Below, piece after piece: positions 31,296 through 40,951 of a stretch of 64,000 nt of DNA (position 1 is its first letter; every line of letters begins with the position of its first letter). The notes under the pieces were generated by a model, which was not told the DNA's origin, did no database searches, and worked only from the letters and a program-made list of their open reading frames with translations. The position numbers and the translations under genes are program-made. The stretch covers positions 3,573,704-3,637,703 of the forward strand of contig OZ253535.1 in NCBI GenBank assembly GCA_965262465.1, in the 5' to 3' direction. The DNA comes from an uncultured Pseudohongiella sp. (GTDB taxonomy: Bacteria > Pseudomonadota > Gammaproteobacteria > Pseudomonadales > Pseudohongiellaceae).

Positions 31296-32270
31296 CTAAG
31301 GGTTAATTGCAGCGATCTTCCTAAAACTTGCAACAAATGCAGCTAGCCAGCCAATCAGGCCGCCGACTATGGCCAATCCGAGAAACATACCGAATCCTGC
31401 ACCTTCAAGCTGCCAAGTTCCTCCATACAAAGAACTGACCTCTGTAATGGAAGGAGCCAATAATGACGCGATCAGCCACACCAACATGCTCGCAGCGATT
31501 CCGCCTGCAAGCCCCAGAAATAGGCCGGTGTAGAGGAACGGACGGGCAATATAACTGTTATTTCCCCCAACTAATTTGATGACCTGGATTTCTTGACGGC
31601 GATGCTCAATGGCCAGTCGGATAGTGTTTCCGACCACAGCCAGCAGGCCCCCAACGACCAATACTGCAAGCACCTGATTAAACGCGGCGATTAACCCCAA
31701 GAAGGCCTGTAATCGCTCAATCCAAAGTCGGTCAAATTGCAGCAAAGCTACACCGGGCATGGCCTCCAGCTCAGCAGCCTGGGCTTCAATAATGCGCACC
31801 TCTGGGCTTGAAGGACTAATTTCAAATGCCGCGGGTAATGGATTTGAAGGGAGATCGACAAGTAAATCCCCTAGACCCTGGTTGTTGGTAAATGCCCCCA
31901 GAGCTTGTTCTGCTGAAATGAAATCTACACTATCTGGCCCAAAAACCGATAGTAAGTGGTTACTTACATCCTCAATCTGACGATCTGTAGCCGCTGTGTC
32001 CATATAAAGAGTGAGTTTGGCACTGGACTCAATCCCGCCCAATCCCGCTGACATGTTTGCATCGGCCAGCAGCAACAAAGTAGGCAACAGCAGGGCAATA
32101 GCGATTACACCAACCGTCATCAATGTGGAGCCGGGAGTTTTCAACAAGCGCAGTAAGCTTTTTTTGGACACCTGTCGGTGAATTTTGACTCGCTCAGCAA
32201 TTGGATTTTGGGCGCGAGACTCAGGCGAGCTTTTGGATCGATTTCTCGCAGCTTGACGTTTAGCGGTCAT
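31296..32270 (-). CDS. ftsX: cell division ABC transporter permease FtsX
   Basis: 324 aa with 4 TM segments and a large periplasmic loop. Overlaps ftsE by 11 nt, in the canonical ftsYEX order. Confidence 0.9.
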   Translation of the reverse strand: MTAKRQAARNRSKSSPESRAQNPIAERVKIHRQVSKKSLLRLLKTPGSTLMTVGVIAIALLLPTLLLLADANMSAGLGGIESSAKLTLYMDTAATDRQIEDVSNHLLSVFGPDSVDFISAEQALGAFTNNQGLGDLLVDLPSNPLPAAFEISPSSPEVRIIEAQAAELEAMPGVALLQFDRLWIERLQAFLGLIAAFNQVLAVLVVGGLLAVVGNTIRLAIEHRRQEIQVIKLVGGNNSYIARPFLYTGLFLGLAGGIAASMLVWLIASLLAPSITEVSSLYGGTWQLEGAGFGMFLGLAIVGGLIGWLAAFVASFRKIAAINP

Positions 32271-32919
32271 CGATAAGTTTCCCTTGATCTAAAGTCAACG
32301 TACGACAGCCTAGTTTGGAGATTAGGGCCCGATCATGACTTGCCACCAGCAGACTGACACCAACACTTTTGAACTGCTGAAACACATTCATGACTTCTTC
32401 AGACAATTCAGGATCCAAATTACCGGTTGGTTCGTCCGCCAAAATTATTTTTGGTCGATGAACAACAGCGCGTGCAATGCCAACTCGTTGTTGTTCACCT
32501 CCGGAAAGTTTTTCTGGCATCAGATTTTCTTTCTGCAATAGACCCACTTTATCTAACGCTGCTCGCACACGACGTTGCGCATCGTTGGAGTTAAAGCCAG
32601 CTATTTCTAAAGGAAGTGCTACGTTTTCGCCAACCGATCGGTCGAACAACAATTGGTGATCCTGAAACACGGAACCGATTTGCAGTCTATGTTGGGGAAT
32701 ACGACTTACTGACAATCGATTTAAGTTAACACCATCGACAAACACTTGCCCTTTGCTGCAGCGTTCCATTGCCAGTATTAACTTAAGAAGTGTGCTTTTT
32801 CCTGCACCGGAATGGCCAGTAACAAAAACCATCTCGCCTTTTGCAATTTCGAAACTTACATCGGACAGTGCATTATGCCCAGCTTCGTATTGTTTACTGA
32901 CGCTATCAAACTTGATCAT
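32260..32919 (-). CDS. ftsE: cell division ATP-binding protein FtsE
   Basis: Walker A GHSGAGKSTL, signature LSGGEQQRVGIARA, Walker B ILADEPTGNLD. Confidence 0.95.
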   Translation of the reverse strand: MIKFDSVSKQYEAGHNALSDVSFEIAKGEMVFVTGHSGAGKSTLLKLILAMERCSKGQVFVDGVNLNRLSVSRIPQHRLQIGSVFQDHQLLFDRSVGENVALPLEIAGFNSNDAQRRVRAALDKVGLLQKENLMPEKLSGGEQQRVGIARAVVHRPKIILADEPTGNLDPELSEEVMNVFQQFKSVGVSLLVASHDRALISKLGCRTLTLDQGKLIDDR

Positions 32920-32939
32920 GCAGCAGATGCAAAAAGTAG

Positions 32940-33944
32940 TTAACTGGAAAACAGAGCAGTAATGAATTCGTGAGCGTCAAAAGGCCTTAGATCATCAACT
33001 TGTTCACCTACGCCAATGAATCGAATTGGTAATCCAAGTTTCTTGGCGAGTGCAAACACCACACCGCCTTTAGCTGTGCCATCTAGTTTCGTTAAGGTAA
33101 TGCCAGAGAGTTGAGTCGAAGAGTTAAAGCTTTCCGCCTGACTCACTGCATTCTGACCAGTGGTCGCATCGAGCACTAACATGACTTCGTGAGGCAGAGC
33201 CGCATCTTGTTTCCGTAGCACCCGCACAATCTTTTCGAGCTCGTTCATTAGATTGTCTTTGTTGTGCAAGCGGCCAGCGGTATCCGCAATTAACACATCA
33301 ATGTTTTTAGCCTTCGCTGATTGCAGTGCGTCAAAGATCACTGAAGCGGAATCACTACCGGTAGCTTGCGCAACTACCGGAACTTCGTTGCGTTCACCCC
33401 ATACTTGCAACTGTTCAACCGCTGCTGCACGAAATGTGTCTCCTGCAGCTAACATCACAGACTTGCCCTGAGATTGAAATCGCTTAGTGAGTTTACCGAT
33501 GGTGGTAGTTTTGCCAACACCATTCACGCCAACGATCAGGATGACAAAAGGACCTTCATGATCTTTTATTTCGAGTGGCTGTGAACAGTCAGCAAGTATA
33601 GTTTCCAGCTCATTCTTAAGACTGGCCATAAATGCTTCACTATCGGCCAGCTGATTTCTATTCAGCTTGTCTTTGAGATTGCTAATGATTTGGTCAGTAG
33701 CCTCAAGGCCTACATCCGCCGAAAGAAGTTGAGTTTCTATGTCATCCAACAGGCTAGCATCGATAGTCTTCTCGCCCAGAACAATCGTTTGAATACCTTC
33801 ACTAAGCCGACCACGGGTACGGTTGAGCCCATTCTTAAGGCGCGCAAACAGGCCATCGGATGACTGTGCATTTTCTGCCTTGGTTGATCCTGTATCCGTC
33901 GAAGGCTCGGAGCCTTTTTTATCTTTGCCGAAACCAAACATCAC
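32940..33944 (-). CDS. ftsY: signal recognition particle receptor FtsY
   Basis: NG domain motifs GVNGVGKTTTIGKL, DTAGRL and LTKLDGTAKGG. Confidence 0.95.
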   Translation of the reverse strand: MMFGFGKDKKGSEPSTDTGSTKAENAQSSDGLFARLKNGLNRTRGRLSEGIQTIVLGEKTIDASLLDDIETQLLSADVGLEATDQIISNLKDKLNRNQLADSEAFMASLKNELETILADCSQPLEIKDHEGPFVILIVGVNGVGKTTTIGKLTKRFQSQGKSVMLAAGDTFRAAAVEQLQVWGERNEVPVVAQATGSDSASVIFDALQSAKAKNIDVLIADTAGRLHNKDNLMNELEKIVRVLRKQDAALPHEVMLVLDATTGQNAVSQAESFNSSTQLSGITLTKLDGTAKGGVVFALAKKLGLPIRFIGVGEQVDDLRPFDAHEFITALFSS

Positions 33945-34042
33945 TATCTACTAAATATATTGAAGTGCCTCCCGCGAGGCTGGGGTATCCTATCATCCCC
34001 GCGTATTGGGATACATAAGCGGAACAGGCACGAAGCTTAAAT

Positions 34043-34627
34043 ATGAATCGCAAAGCCAACAAACAACTTTTGAATAAGGTACGAATCATTGCCGGTGAAC
34101 ACCGCAGCCGCCAGATTCGATTCCCAGCGATAGAAGGATTGCGCCCAACCAGCGATCGAATACGAGAGACGCTGTTTAATTGGCTGCAATCCGACTTACC
34201 GAAATCAAACTGTTTGGATCTATTTGCTGGAAGTGGCGTGCTCGGTATTGAAGCACTTTCAAGAGGTGCTGAATCTGCTCAATTCGTAGAACTCGATCGA
34301 TCTGCCGTCGACAGTCTTAAGGAAAATCTCGCCGCACTAAGTTATTCTCCAGCGGCAGTCGCTAATTTGAAGGCAGAACAGTGGTTGTCCGCTAATGAAA
34401 ACAAAAACCAGTTTGACATAGTTTTTATCGATCCACCTTACAAACAGCAACTAATAACGAAAATTTGCAATTCACTTATCAAAGGGAATTTCGTCAAACC
34501 GGGAACTAAAGTTTATGTTGAAAATGACCAGGCTATTGCTCAGGAAGAATTTCCAGATAACTTTGAGCAATTGAAACACAAAAAGGCTGGCCAGGTTCAC
34601 TTCTACTTGTTTGAGATTCAGAACTAA
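34043..34627 (+). CDS. rsmD: 16S rRNA (guanine966-N2)-methyltransferase
   Basis: RIIAGEHRSRQIRFP...LRPTSDRIRETLFNWL...DLFAGSGVLGIEALSRGA...DPPY. Confidence 0.9.
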   Translation: MNRKANKQLLNKVRIIAGEHRSRQIRFPAIEGLRPTSDRIRETLFNWLQSDLPKSNCLDLFAGSGVLGIEALSRGAESAQFVELDRSAVDSLKENLAALSYSPAAVANLKAEQWLSANENKNQFDIVFIDPPYKQQLITKICNSLIKGNFVKPGTKVYVENDQAIAQEEFPDNFEQLKHKKAGQVHFYLFEIQN

Positions 34628-34630
34628 AAA

Positions 34631-35680
34631 ATGACACATGGCACTATCAATAATCACTTTAAACCTAGAATTGAGAATACTTTTAGGGGCGCCTTCTGGC
34701 TGCCTAACGGACATAGCCAAACGCTCTGGCGTAAATTCGCTGGAGCAGAGCAGGCGAATCATCGTCGTGAACGACTCGAATTAGCGGACGGGGATTTTAT
34801 TGACCTCGATTGGTCAGAAAATAACAACCAAGCAGCAGGTGAAGGTTTAACCAACGATACCGACGATATGCCAATTGTGTTAATCATTCATGGTCTTTGT
34901 GGTTGTTCGGAATCTTCATATGTTCTCTCTTTGCAAAAGGAACTGCTAGCAAATGGTATTGCAAGTGTTGCGATGAATCTCCGTGGTTGTAGCGGCGAAC
35001 CGAATAGAAAGGCAAAAACCTACCACTCCGGCGTATCTCATGATTTAGCTGAAGTCTTTTCCCATCTGCATTCACGATTCCCCTCGAGGTCATTCGTGGT
35101 CATTGGTTATTCGCTGGGCGGAAACGTTTTACTGAAGTGGTTAGGAGAGGCTGGCGCATCGGGAACTACCGCCGTACCGGCTAAAGCGATTGCGGTATCT
35201 ACGCCATTTACTCTCGCGCTTTGTTCAAGGCAAATGTTGAATGGCTTCTCGCGAGTGTATGGTCGCTACTTTACCAAAAGGCTTATCGCCGCATTAGAAG
35301 AAAAGAAAACGCTGTTTAAAAATTCTGCAAACGAAGAAGAATTGGAAAAACTCTTGTCGCTAGGTGATACCGAATCTGTTCAATCAATATGGGATTTTGA
35401 TGAAAGGATTACGGCGCCGCTCCATGGCTTCGCTAGCGCTGATGATTATTACGAACAGTGCAGCTCAATTCATTTCCTGCAAAACATCTCTGTGCCAACG
35501 CTACTAATTCAAGGTCACAATGACCCAATGATTCCGCCGCCCGCACTGCCAGCAGCAACCCAGTTGTCGAGCCAGGTTGATCTGGAATTGCAGGATCACG
35601 GCGGACATGTAGGCTTTGTCGCTGGTCTAAAGGAAAAATGGCTGGAAAAACGGATCTCGCGCTACATACTGAACCAGTGA
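34631..35680 (+). CDS. alpha/beta-fold hydrolase (YheT-like)
   Basis: LIIHGLCGCSESSY and the nucleophile elbow GYSLGGN match the YheT/ABHD1-3-like layout. Confidence 0.8.
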   Translation: MTHGTINNHFKPRIENTFRGAFWLPNGHSQTLWRKFAGAEQANHRRERLELADGDFIDLDWSENNNQAAGEGLTNDTDDMPIVLIIHGLCGCSESSYVLSLQKELLANGIASVAMNLRGCSGEPNRKAKTYHSGVSHDLAEVFSHLHSRFPSRSFVVIGYSLGGNVLLKWLGEAGASGTTAVPAKAIAVSTPFTLALCSRQMLNGFSRVYGRYFTKRLIAALEEKKTLFKNSANEEELEKLLSLGDTESVQSIWDFDERITAPLHGFASADDYYEQCSSIHFLQNISVPTLLIQGHNDPMIPPPALPAATQLSSQVDLELQDHGGHVGFVAGLKEKWLEKRISRYILNQ

Positions 35681-35774
35681 ACGCCACAAAATACCTGTGG
35701 ATCAGCCGAATTGTGGGTGTTATTTCAATTCGCTAGAATGCGCACAGCGTTAAGACCAATGACTCAGTTGCACT

Positions 35775-36245
35775 ATGAAGATTGCTGTATATCCAGGAAC
35801 TTTTAATCCAATAACCAACGGTCACACCGATTTGGTTGAACGAGCTGCCGGCTTGTTCGACAAAGTCATTGTGGCGGTGGGCACGAACTTGCAAAAGCAC
35901 GGCACTATGCCAGCTGAGATGCGGGTAGATCTCGCGCGCGAAGTGTTGGCACATGTCGAAAACGCAGAAGTGACGTCCTTTGATTCATTGCTGACTGAGT
36001 TTGTTAAATCTTGTGATGCGAACATCATATTGCGCGGACTGCGCACGGTGGCTGACTTCGAATATGAGTTTCAGTTGGTGGGCATGAATCGAGTATTGGA
36101 GCCTGAGATTGAAACGGTCTTCTTGGCACCAGCGGAACACCTCTCCTATATCTCATCCACCCTGGTCAGGGAAATTGCTTCCTATGGTGGCGATATTTCC
36201 AAGTTCGTCCATCCTGCGGTAGCCAAGGCCATCGAACAACTCTGA
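35775..36245 (+). CDS. coaD: phosphopantetheine adenylyltransferase
   Basis: [21 protein letters not shown]...[14 protein letters not shown]...ISSTLVREI. Confidence 0.95.
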   Translation: MKIAVYPGTFNPITNGHTDLVERAAGLFDKVIVAVGTNLQKHGTMPAEMRVDLAREVLAHVENAEVTSFDSLLTEFVKSCDANIILRGLRTVADFEYEFQLVGMNRVLEPEIETVFLAPAEHLSYISSTLVREIASYGGDISKFVHPAVAKAIEQL

Positions 36246-36246
36246 G

Positions 36247-37062
36247 CTAGCGCTGGCACTTGCCACAATAAACAGTGCTGCGTTGTCCCAGTCTTATTTC
36301 TTTTAGTGGTTGATCACACTGCTTACATGGTTGACCACCTCTGCCATACACAAATAGTGATTGCTTAAAGTAGCCGGGTTCACCGCTACTATTGGTGAAA
36401 TCCCGCAACGTTGTTCCTCCGACCTCAATGGCCTTCCCAAGAACATCTTTGATGCAATCAACTAGCCGACTGTAGCGCTGTTTAGAAATCTTAGTCGCTG
36501 CGCGCTTTGGATGAATGCCGGCGTGAAACAACGCTTCGTTTGCGTAGATATTGCCAACCCCCACTACAATCTTGCTGTCCATGATGAAGCTTTTAACTGG
36601 AGCAGACTTCCCTCTACTTTGCTTAAACAAATAGTCAGCACTAAAAGCATCTGTAAGTGGTTCTGGGCCAAGATTGGCGATTAGTTTGTGGTCATTGATG
36701 TCTCCGCTATGCCACAGCAAACAACCAAAGCGACGCGGGTCGGTGTATCGCAAAATTTTCTTGGACTTAAAAACAAAATCGAAATGATCATGTTTTTGCG
36801 GTGGAGTGTTAGCGTGAACAATTCGCAAGCTTCCCGACATGCCCAGATGAATTAACAAGGTGGCAGACGCGCAGTTCAACAATAGATATTTACCCCGTCG
36901 CTCAACTGATTCAATTTTCTCGCCGGGGATTTGTTGAGAAATTTGAGCAGGAATGGGCCAACGCAGTTTTTTCTGGCGAACTACGATGTCAGAAATTTGC
37001 TGACCAACAATGTGAGGCGAAATTCCTCTTCGGGTAGTTTCTACTTCTGGTAATTCAGGCAA
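36247..37062 (-). CDS. mutM: formamidopyrimidine-DNA glycosylase
   Basis: MPELPEVETTRRGI..., H2TH region and C-terminal zinc finger CKQC...YCGKCQR. Colinear with E. coli Fpg. Confidence 0.95.
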   Translation of the reverse strand: MPELPEVETTRRGISPHIVGQQISDIVVRQKKLRWPIPAQISQQIPGEKIESVERRGKYLLLNCASATLLIHLGMSGSLRIVHANTPPQKHDHFDFVFKSKKILRYTDPRRFGCLLWHSGDINDHKLIANLGPEPLTDAFSADYLFKQSRGKSAPVKSFIMDSKIVVGVGNIYANEALFHAGIHPKRAATKISKQRYSRLVDCIKDVLGKAIEVGGTTLRDFTNSSGEPGYFKQSLFVYGRGGQPCKQCDQPLKEIRLGQRSTVYCGKCQR

Positions 37063-37145
37063 GGGATAAGCTCAGATGTAACGAGTGAGTACTAGCGAGG
37101 CTGCAGTTATAATCGTTTCATCAAGGGAAAGGAAGTCAACGGAAC

Positions 37146-39152
37146 TTGTCCAACGAAAACATATTACTCGGAATAGATGCGGGCGGAACGTTTACCGATT
37201 TCGTTTGCATTCGAATGGGTGAAGCAACATCAATTACGTTGCATAAAACCCTATCCACACCAGCCGCGCCGGAACAGGCTATCTTAAAAGGCATTGCTGA
37301 TTTAGGCCTGAACGATTCGGTTCAGCAAGGTCTGGTCAGCATCGTGCATGGCAGTACCGTCGCGACAAATGCAGCACTGGAAGGCAAGACTGCGCGCACC
37401 GCATTCATAACCAACTTTGGCTTCGGCGATTTGCTGATGTTAGGCCGACAAACCAGACCGAAGCTTTATGCCTTGGAATTCCCTCCAGTCGATCCCCCAG
37501 TGCCACCTGAACTTTGTCTGGAAACCGGCGGAAGACTGTCAGCTAGCGGCGACGTGCTAGAACCATTGAGCGAAGCTGAAATCGAAACTTTGATTGCTCA
37601 ACTGAAGAAACTTGAGCCTGATGCCGTGGCGATAAATTTACTGTTTTCTTTTCTCGATGCGCGGTTTGAAGTTGCAATCGAAGATGCTATTGAAAAAGCC
37701 GGACTCGATTGTGTAGTAAGTCGTTCATCCTCTGTATTACCGGTGTACAAAGAATATGAACGCGGCATTGCTACCTGGCTCAATGCAGCCTTGGGGCCAG
37801 TAGTACACCGTTACATTTCTCAACTCACCGATAAACTATCCAACTGCTCGTTACAGATCATGCAATCTAGTGGCGAAACTGTCGCTGCAGAAAAAGCAGC
37901 AAGCACGGCAGTTAATCTTTTACTGTCAGGGCCAGCAGGTGGTCTAACGGCAATCAAATTCCTTGGCCAGCAGATTGGCGAGTCCAACATCATCAGCTTT
38001 GATATGGGTGGCACGTCTACTGATGTTGCGCTTCTCGAAGGTGACATCGGTATCACTACAGAAGGCCGTATTGGCCGTTTTCCCATGGCTGTTCCGTCAG
38101 TGGATATGCATACCATCGGTGCCGGTGGGGGCAGCATAGCCTTTGTTGATAGCGGTGGAATGCTGCAAGTTGGTCCACGCTCAGCTGGCGCCTCACCCGG
38201 ACCTGCCTGTTATGGATTGGGCGGTGAAGAACCTACTGTGACCGATGCTAATTTGGTGTTGGGCAGATTAGTTGCCGATGTGAATTTGGCTGATGGCCTG
38301 CAACTAAATAGCGAATTAGCGCGGGAAGCTATCAGTCGCTTGGCAGATCAGATCGGACTATCTGTTGAAGAAGCAGCCTTGGGCATTACTCAAATAGCTA
38401 ATGAACACATGGCCAAAGCCATCCGGGAAATCTCGGTAAATCGAGGCCATGATCCAAAAGAGTTTGTACTGGCGAGTTTCGGTGGTGCGGGTGGCCTGCA
38501 TGTTTGTGCATTGGCTGAAGCTATGCAAATGCATCGTGCAATTGTTCCTGCTCGGGGTGGCGTACTCTCAGCCCTCGGTATGTTGGTTGCGGCGCAAGGC
38601 AGGCAATTTACGAAAACCATTGGCGTTAACCTCGAGCATGCGACAGCAGAGCAACTGGAAAATGAATTTCAAGAACTGAGTGAGCACGGTATTGCTGAAT
38701 TGGTTGCAGAAGGCATAGCAGAGTCGCGGTTACAGTCATCTCGCAGCATAGACATGTGTTATGCCGGTCAGTCATACACCTTAAATGTGCCCTGGAATGA
38801 TCTGGTTGCCATGCAAGCGGAATTTAGTACACAGCATGAGAAAAGATATGGCTATGCTCTGGATGCACCAATCGAACTCATTAACTTGTGCGTACATATT
38901 TCAGTGCAACAGCAGGACATTGAGCTTCCAAGTGAGCAAAATGCTGCCGAACCTTGCAATAATCTAAGAGAGACTAAGGTCTATGGTCATGCTGATGCTG
39001 CCAAACTCATTGATCGATCTGAATTGAGTACAGGCGAAAGTGTTGATGGGCCGGCGATAGTCACAGAATTTTCGGCAACGACTTATGTCGCGGAAAATTG
39101 GCAAGTTACTAAGGACAATTGGGGAAACCTGCAGTTAAAACGGTTAGAGTAA
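37146..39152 (+). CDS. hydantoinase/oxoprolinase family protein (A-type subunit only)
   Basis: 668 aa. The N-terminus LLGIDAGGTFTDFV, HGSTVATNA and FDMGGTSTDV are typical of HyuA-type ATPases. TTG start with an AGGAAG RBS. Confidence 0.85.
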   Translation: MSNENILLGIDAGGTFTDFVCIRMGEATSITLHKTLSTPAAPEQAILKGIADLGLNDSVQQGLVSIVHGSTVATNAALEGKTARTAFITNFGFGDLLMLGRQTRPKLYALEFPPVDPPVPPELCLETGGRLSASGDVLEPLSEAEIETLIAQLKKLEPDAVAINLLFSFLDARFEVAIEDAIEKAGLDCVVSRSSSVLPVYKEYERGIATWLNAALGPVVHRYISQLTDKLSNCSLQIMQSSGETVAAEKAASTAVNLLLSGPAGGLTAIKFLGQQIGESNIISFDMGGTSTDVALLEGDIGITTEGRIGRFPMAVPSVDMHTIGAGGGSIAFVDSGGMLQVGPRSAGASPGPACYGLGGEEPTVTDANLVLGRLVADVNLADGLQLNSELAREAISRLADQIGLSVEEAALGITQIANEHMAKAIREISVNRGHDPKEFVLASFGGAGGLHVCALAEAMQMHRAIVPARGGVLSALGMLVAAQGRQFTKTIGVNLEHATAEQLENEFQELSEHGIAELVAEGIAESRLQSSRSIDMCYAGQSYTLNVPWNDLVAMQAEFSTQHEKRYGYALDAPIELINLCVHISVQQQDIELPSEQNAAEPCNNLRETKVYGHADAAKLIDRSELSTGESVDGPAIVTEFSATTYVAENWQVTKDNWGNLQLKRLE

Positions 39153-39295
39153 GACCCAGAAGATCAGCATTGGGCACAGAAGTTGTAAAGGATGCAACTG
39201 ACCCCCTGCAATTGCAGAGTCACAATTCCAACAACTTCATTTTCAAATATTCGGTTTTCGATTCAACCGCAGTAATGAATCATTAGAATTAGAGT

Positions 39296-40690
39296 ATGTC
39301 AGACCACAGCACGAGAAAATTGCTATCGATTCTGCTTCTCCTTACGAGTCAGTTCGTATTCATTGGTGGAAGCGCCGGCCAGGAAGCGGCAGAAGCAGTT
39401 GGCACACCAGAGGCTGAAGGATTAGAAGAAGATCGCACGGCAGTCATGTATGTGGATATACCGTTGGTTTATGAAGCAGGTACAGATCCAGTGCTTCCTC
39501 CCTTCGACTACGGGGAAACCATCAACGGTGAACCAGACGAAGCTGCGCTGCAAACCTTAGCGAACTATGAAAACTCTCTACAAGATATTGAAGCCGCCGG
39601 CGGTGCCTGGGATCCCGCGCTCATAGAACAGCTTTCCGCGCTCGGAAACCTGCAACAACAACTTGGTGATTATGCGGCAGCGGTGGAGACATTCGATCGA
39701 GCCATGCACGTCAATCGCATCAATGGTGGTTTGCACACCACTGACCAAATCCCAATCGTTGAAGAACTCATTGAAAGTTACATGGCGGTGGAAGATTGGG
39801 AGAGTGCTGATCTGTATTACAACTATCTCTTTTTCATTCAAACCAAAGCCTTTGGTCCAGAAGATCCTCGAATGATTCCGGTGTTCGCGCAGCTGGCGGA
39901 ATGGCACATGCAAGCGTTCAGCTTGGGTTATGGCGGTGAAGCGCTGGGACTGCGACTAAGCAATGCGCAAATTCTGTTTGATGTTGCTGCCCGCATGGTG
40001 TTTCTACATTTTGGTAGTAGCGATGAGCGCTTTGTGCCTTATCTGCGCAATATCGCTGACTCTGCATACTTGGTTGCGCAAAACCCGGAGATCATGTCGG
40101 CCATTGATCGGGCTACGTTTCGCAATACTCAAGAGCTACTAGCAGCCAGATTGAATCAACCACAACCAGTCGCGCCCGCTGGATACCGGGTGGGAGAAAG
40201 TGCATTGCAAGAAGTCGTAGCCGCATACGAGCGGGCAGGCGATGATGTTTTTGCCTTGGCAGAAGCCCATGCCAATTTGGGTGATTGGTACATAGTATTT
40301 GAACGTCGACGCATTGCTGATGAGCATTACAAGCAAGCGTGGGACTTGTTAGCCGAGCAGGAAAACGGGGAAGAGCTGCTCAATCGTCTGTTTGGTCAAG
40401 TTACTCCACTCCCTACTTTTGTCACCGAACCTCGCGCCATTCTGCGGCGCGGAACTGAGCTGTTGTCTCCTGCAGATCTGCAGGAAGGCATGGCTGATCT
40501 TAGCTTCACCGTTACACGTAATGGTTCAGTAAGAAATGTTGTATTACTGACAGAAGAGACTCCCGAGAATACCGGTCAAGTAACAAGAGTTGCTCGCGAA
40601 TTACGCCAAAGCCGGTTCCGCCCAATAGTGGTTGATGGCGCGGCGGTCGAGTCCGATGACAACCTCGTTAGAATCCGGTTTTGGTACTAA
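39296..40690 (+). CDS. exported or anchored helical-repeat protein with a TonB-C-like C-terminal domain
   Basis: N-terminal signal or anchor RKLLSILLLLTSQFVFIGGSAG. The central region is helical and TPR-like. The C-terminus GMADLSFTVTRNGSVRNVVLLTEE...VTRVARELRQSRFRPIVVDGAAVESDDNLVRIRFWY follows the TonB_C pattern (G.v.v.f.v...G.v.nv.v......l..aa..a....rf.P....G.pv......v.i.F). Confidence 0.5.
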   Translation: MSDHSTRKLLSILLLLTSQFVFIGGSAGQEAAEAVGTPEAEGLEEDRTAVMYVDIPLVYEAGTDPVLPPFDYGETINGEPDEAALQTLANYENSLQDIEAAGGAWDPALIEQLSALGNLQQQLGDYAAAVETFDRAMHVNRINGGLHTTDQIPIVEELIESYMAVEDWESADLYYNYLFFIQTKAFGPEDPRMIPVFAQLAEWHMQAFSLGYGGEALGLRLSNAQILFDVAARMVFLHFGSSDERFVPYLRNIADSAYLVAQNPEIMSAIDRATFRNTQELLAARLNQPQPVAPAGYRVGESALQEVVAAYERAGDDVFALAEAHANLGDWYIVFERRRIADEHYKQAWDLLAEQENGEELLNRLFGQVTPLPTFVTEPRAILRRGTELLSPADLQEGMADLSFTVTRNGSVRNVVLLTEETPENTGQVTRVARELRQSRFRPIVVDGAAVESDDNLVRIRFWY

Positions 40691-40951
40691 TTTTAACTGG
40701 TTAGAGGTAGCATCGACGGTGTCGGAGCTTCTGTTGTTAAGCAAAGATTAAGGGGTTTTTGTCTACTGTTACGTAGAATATTTTGCAGGTCTGGAATTGA
40801 CTGCGCGGCAGGCTTGAAAAGCCGCGATTGGTCGCTAAAAAGCGCCCAAAAGAGTCGATCTTCGGATTATGTGAAATAAGTAGTTATTTCGTTTAAGCGC
40901 CTTGTTGAGTGGGCTTTTCACTCTGTAGGCCAGGCAGTGAGATTGAAAGCA

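Noticed and set aside
39206-39217. Perfect 12-bp palindrome CTGCAATTGCAG in the intergenic region upstream of the cluster, as a possible operator.
   Set aside because: A perfect 12-bp palindrome has a per-position probability of 4^-6, so about 16 are expected by chance in 64 kb. There is no second copy or adjacent regulator gene to support it.
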